DNA of 1,669 nucleotides from Naegleria gruberi (lineage: Eukaryota). Below the pieces are notes generated by a model that saw nothing but the letters and a program-made list of their open reading frames with translations, was not told the DNA's origin and searched no databases. The position numbers and the translations under genes are program-made. The stretch lies in assembly GCA_000004985.1 (NCBI GenBank), contig GG739353.1; one strand, written 5' to 3'. Each line of letters starts with the position of its first letter. The first letter of the stretch is position 1. Below, piece by piece: positions 1-1,669 of the stretch.

Positions 1-150
1 ACTGTTGTTATCATGACCACCAAACACAACCAAATAATCACCATAAATCGTTGATGATTGACCATAACGTGGAGTGATAATCTCATCACTACTAGGCTCC
101 GATTTTCGTTTCAATAGACACGAGGAGTGGAAGTTACGAGCACTTGGTCC
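1..150 (-). CDS. Kelch-repeat protein, downstream reading-frame segment (frame Y, shifted by 1 nt relative to 153-326); continues beyond the left edge
   Basis: Reverse-complement translation of 150..1 gives GPSARNFHSSCLLKRKSEPSSDEIITPRYGQSSTIYGDYLVVFGGHDNNS. It has 50 open codons and shows kelch hallmarks again (P-s-a-R-n-f-H-S-s ... iY-g-d-yLvVFGG). The spacing from the previous R-t-G-H-S is about 49 residues, which is one kelch blade. It is preceded in frame by TAA TAG (plus 151-156). It is not contiguous with frame X unless 1 nt is inserted near 148-155. Confidence 0.6.
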
Positions 151-152
151 CT

Positions 153-326
153 ATTATGTATTGTCTTGTTTTCCCACTTTTGTGAGGAAACATCCACTTG
201 AATGAGATCGTTTACTAGTTCGGAATTGACAAAGCCTCCGAAAAGATAAACTTTATCGTTATGAAAGATACCACTATGACCAGTACGAGAGGTCGAGGCA
301 ACGAAGATGTTAATATTAACATTTTT
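153..326 (-). CDS. Kelch-repeat protein, 5'-proximal reading-frame segment (frame X); possibly a pseudogene or frameshifted
   Basis: Reverse-complement translation gives KNVNINIFVASTSRTGHSGIFHNDKVYLFGGFVNSELVNDLIQVDVSSQKWENKTIHN. This is a textbook kelch blade: P-x-a-R-x-G-H-S..., then v-Y-v-F-G-G, then n-D-l, then k-W. The frame is open from just after an in-frame TGA (plus 327-329) to a TGA at plus 111-113. It contains no in-frame ATG. Confidence 0.6.
309..320. repeat. Perfect 12-bp palindrome GTTAATATTAAC
   Basis: The sequence is its own reverse complement. It lies in the 5'-proximal part of the kelch frame-X ORF and overlaps an out-of-frame ATG on the minus strand (plus 319-321). Confidence 0.45.
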
Positions 327-467
327 TCACGGGGGGTGATGAACTTTGGTTTTCTTCTTCAGTTTTGACTTTTTGTCATTTTTAATAATTTTACAATAAA
401 TTTGTCAATCAGATTTACTTAAAAAACTTTAAAATCTATCTTCTTTTTAAAAGAGACGATTTCCGTT

Positions 468-494
468 AATATTATGGTACGATACCATGATATT
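468..494. repeat. Imperfect inverted repeat: 12-bp arms (aatattatggta / taccatgatatt), 3-bp spacer (cga), 1 mismatch
   Basis: Arm 468-479 against the reverse complement of 483-494 matches at 11 of 12 positions (T473 vs G489). The perfect core is atggta-cga-taccat. This is the most structured element in the intergenic region. Confidence 0.5.
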
Positions 495-716
495 TATTAA
501 TATTCATATGTCATGGGTGATGAAATTAAATTTCATAAAGAAATTAAAAAGTTATTGTTGGCAGTTATCATTAATTAATCTTAAAAAAGATGAGTGAGTA
601 AATTTAAGGAAAGATTTTTAGTACCGTTCATTATAACGCTGATTACAATAGTTTTACCAAAATTAAGACAATAATATCTAAAAATGAAATTTTTAATTAA
701 ATTCAAATTTGATATA

Positions 717-735
717 AATTTAAAAAATTTAAAAA
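717..735. repeat. Low-complexity tandem (aatttaaaaa x about 2) within a longer aaattt-rich tract (about 681-740)
   Basis: aatttaaaaa is directly followed by atttaaaaa. The flanking sequence repeats aaattt and ttaa units. This is typical AT-rich simple sequence. Confidence 0.4.
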
Positions 736-779
736 TGTATCTACTTTTGGAAACAATATTTATTTCAGTTAAAACTTCT

Positions 780-788
780 TATATATAT
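780..788. promoter_or_regulatory. TATATATAT tract (candidate TATA element; orientation and target gene unknown)
   Basis: A (TA)4T run lies about 340 bp upstream of the oligoribonuclease ATG and about 455 bp upstream of the kelch ORF. Such runs occur readily by chance in DNA this AT-rich. Confidence 0.2.
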
Positions 789-1095
789 CAAATAATACAA
801 TATACAACGTGTATTGGGTCCTTGTTTCTTGAAATGTTTCTGTATTATTGTTTATGAGTTGTACCATTAATGTGCCAATAATTAAGCAAAAACGTGACAA
901 TATTTTTTAATAAAAGCAGTATCATCAAGAAGATCTTTTTTGTAAGAAGCTCCTTATGGAAGTAAATTGTACTTTTATTGGTTTGTTATTGTGTGTTAAA
1001 TTTCCAAATGTGAATGCAAAGACGACTCCTTCAACTATGGTTTTTATTTTGAGCATGGTTTTGGAAACTCGTAACAATCTATCAAGATCAAATAA

Positions 1096-1117
1096 TATAA
1101 TAAAAATATAATATTAT
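1096..1117 (+). promoter_or_regulatory. AT-rich TATA-like tract (tataataaaaatataatatta) immediately upstream of the oligoribonuclease ATG
   Basis: It contains TATAAT and TATAA-like hexamers 10-30 nt upstream of the ATG at 1126. It may be core-promoter or 5'-leader sequence. No TSS evidence is available. Confidence 0.2.
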
Positions 1118-1125
1118 TTAAAAAT

Positions 1126-1173
1126 ATGACAACAACTCTTGTACAAGACCCTATTGTTTGGGTTGACATGGAG
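1126..1173 (+). CDS. REXO2: Oligoribonuclease (Orn/REXO2/Rex2 family, DEDDh exonuclease), exon 1 (initiator ATG)
   Basis: ATG at 1126 sits in an A-rich context (aaaaatATGa) with an in-frame TAA directly upstream at 1120-1122. It encodes MTTTLVQDPIVWVDME. The WVDME segment matches the conserved N-terminal Exo I motif of oligoribonucleases (E. coli Orn ...LIWIDLEMTGLD, human REXO2 ...MVWVDLEMTGLD, both recalled from memory). It carries the catalytic D (1165-1167) and E (1171-1173). The exon ends right before GTAAGA. Confidence 0.8.
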
Positions 1174-1223
1174 GTAAGATATAATAGCCACTGACCACAA
1201 TTCACACAATTAATTCTAAATAG
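1174..1223 (+). other. Intron 1 of the oligoribonuclease gene (50 nt, GT-AG, phase 0)
   Basis: Donor is GTAAGA at 1174. A CTGAC branch-point-like motif lies at 1191-1195, 29 nt from the 3' end. Acceptor is AAATAG ending at 1223. Splicing joins ...VDME in frame to MTGLD... at 1224 and rebuilds the conserved D-x-E-MTGLD motif. Without the intron, the exon-2 ORF lacks the catalytic Asp and Glu. Confidence 0.8.
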
Positions 1224-1534
1224 ATGACAGGATTAGATATTGATTCCGATCACATTTTGGAAATTGCAGTCATTATTACTGATGGTAATTTAAATATTAT
1301 TGCACAATTGGATTCATTGATTGTTCATCAGAGTGACTCTGTTTTAGATAATATGAATGATTGGTGTAAACAGCATCATGGTGATAGTGGTTTGACTGCT
1401 GCCGTTCGGAAGAGCACACTCTCCATTCAGCAAGTTGAGGATACAGTCTTGGATTTTGTTAAACACTATGTTGCATCGGAGAGATTGGCTCCATTGGCTG
1501 GTAACAGTGTTTATTGTGATAGATTATTTATGAA
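1224..1534 (+). CDS. REXO2: Oligoribonuclease exon 2 (core DEDDh domain)
   Basis: This matches the supplied ORF 1224..1559 up to 1534. MTGLDIDSDHILEIAVIITDGNLNIIAQ...DWCKQHHGDSGLTAAVRKS...LAPLAGNSVYCDRLFMK aligns along its whole length with Orn/REXO2 (human ...[30 protein letters not shown]...DWCKEHHGKSGLTKAV...LAGNSVHEDKKFLDKY, recalled from memory). It includes the Exo II Asp (GNSVYCD). The ORF's last residues (YVNFLLF, then stop at 1557-1559) have no homology and are read as intron read-through. The preferred exon end is 1534, before GTATGT. An alternative end at 1538 is described in the findings. Confidence 0.75.
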
Positions 1535-1579
1535 GTATGTTAATTTCTTATTATTTTAATAATATTTTAATTATTTTAG
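1535..1579 (+). other. Intron 2 of the oligoribonuclease gene (45 nt, GTATGT...TTTTAG, phase 2), preferred model
   Basis: Donor GTATGT at 1535 is canonical. The acceptor is the pyrimidine-rich tract ttattttAG ending at 1579. Intron length is a multiple of 3, and both flanking exons use the same genomic frame. Splicing removes the in-frame TAA (1557-1559) and joins ...CDRLFMK to [29 protein letters not shown], which restores the conserved C-terminal H-x4-D (Exo III) motif. An alternative with the same intron length is 1539..1583 (donor GTTAAT, acceptor AAG). It would give ...FMKY-EMKRL... but has weak splice signals. Confidence 0.6.
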
Positions 1580-1669
1580 AAAGGAAATGAAAAGATTAGA
1601 TGAATATTTGCATTATAGAATTATTGATGTTTCTTCAATTAAAGAGCTTGCAAGAAGATGGTCACCTGA
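1580..1669 (+). CDS. REXO2: Oligoribonuclease exon 3 (partial, runs off the right window edge)
   Basis: Taking aa (1533-1534) + a (1580) as the phase-2 junction codon, the exon translates as [30 protein letters not shown] and continues past 1669. This matches E. coli ...[29 protein letters not shown] and human ...[28 protein letters not shown] (recalled from memory). It contains the DEDDh His and the final Asp. Confidence 0.75.

Larger units (their letters stand above)
330..1125. promoter_or_regulatory. Shared divergent intergenic / putative bidirectional promoter region (about 80% A+T, low complexity)
   Basis: The region lies between the 5' ends of two genes transcribed in opposite directions: the kelch gene on the minus strand (5' end at about 326) and the oligoribonuclease gene on the plus strand (5' end at 1126). 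No ORF of meaningful length is present. A+T is very high, with homopolymeric A/T runs and TATA-like tracts. No transcription start site can be placed from sequence alone. Confidence 0.5.

Noticed and set aside
217-227. tRNA T-loop-like string agttcggaatt
   Set aside because: It lies inside the kelch coding frame. It does not match the GTTCGAATC/GTTCRANYC T-arm consensus, and no acceptor or anticodon stem structure lies around it.
309-320. GTTAATATTAAC as an HNF1-type homeodomain site (consensus GTTAATNATTAAC)
   Set aside because: It lacks the central spacer base. HNF1 is a vertebrate factor and this looks like a fungal or protist locus. The sequence is simply an AT-rich palindrome inside, or at the 5' edge of, coding sequence.
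395-400. AATAAA hexamers on the plus strand (395-400 and again about 910-915) as polyadenylation signals
   Set aside because: No plus-strand gene ends upstream of them, since the only upstream gene is on the minus strand. AATAAA occurs frequently by chance at about 80% A+T.
517-642. Possible box C/D snoRNA: GUGAUGA (517-523) with a CUGA (639-642) about 120 nt downstream
   Set aside because: No complementary terminal stem flanks the boxes (tcatgg vs ttacaa). No convincing C'/D' boxes are present. Both motifs are expected by chance in AT-rich DNA of this length.
1535-1559. C-terminal tail of the supplied ORF (…YVNFLLF then TAA) as genuine coding sequence
   Set aside because: It has no similarity to any Orn/REXO2 C-terminus. 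It begins exactly at a canonical GTATGT donor. The conserved HYRIIDVS...RRW motif is encoded in frame just after a TTTTAG acceptor. This stretch is intron sequence read through by a naive ORF finder.
1126-1669. Interpreting the nuclease as a bacterial orn gene or operon fragment
   Set aside because: The conserved catalytic motifs are interrupted by two sequences with canonical spliceosomal GT...AG boundaries, a CTGAC branch site and an in-frame stop. The protein is closer to eukaryotic REXO2 in the regions I can compare, and no Shine-Dalgarno sequence is present. An intron-containing eukaryotic gene is the consistent reading.
1-1669. Novel defense system, CRISPR array, mobile element or other accessory-region content
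   Set aside because: I looked for direct repeats with regular spacing, terminal inverted repeats, target-site duplications and transposase- or integrase-like frames, and found none. Only short AT-rich simple repeats and two small palindromes are present. The content is two conserved housekeeping-type eukaryotic genes.

Overview
This window reads as eukaryotic nuclear DNA. Two protein-coding genes are transcribed divergently from a roughly 800-bp, very AT-rich intergenic region (about 330-1125). (1) Plus strand, 1126 to the window end: an oligoribonuclease gene of the Orn/REXO2/Rex2 family (DEDDh 3'-5' exoribonuclease). It is split by two short GT-AG introns, 50 nt and 45 nt. The 111-aa ORF in the supplied track is exon 2 plus read-through into intron 2. 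The true N-terminus, including the catalytic Asp and Glu of the Exo I motif, is a 16-codon exon 1 at 1126-1173. The C-terminal motif ([20 protein letters not shown]) lies in exon 3, which runs off the right edge. (2) Minus strand, about 326 down to 1 and beyond: a kelch-repeat (beta-propeller) protein gene. Its reading frame is disrupted by a 1-nt frameshift near a CCC run (149-151). It also has no in-frame ATG between an upstream in-frame stop (327-329, next to a G6 run) and the first kelch motif. These point to homopolymer indel errors, a pseudogene, or an unresolved 5' structure. The intergenic region is low-complexity AT-rich DNA. It contains a 12-bp-arm inverted repeat (468-494), TATA-like tracts, and short upstream ORFs ahead of the nuclease gene. 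I see no CRISPR array, no mobile element, no RNA gene I can support, and no evidence for a novel defense or accessory system. This looks like an ordinary housekeeping locus. The interesting points are gene-model corrections. Everything here comes from reading the sequence by eye and remembering protein families; nothing was computed.
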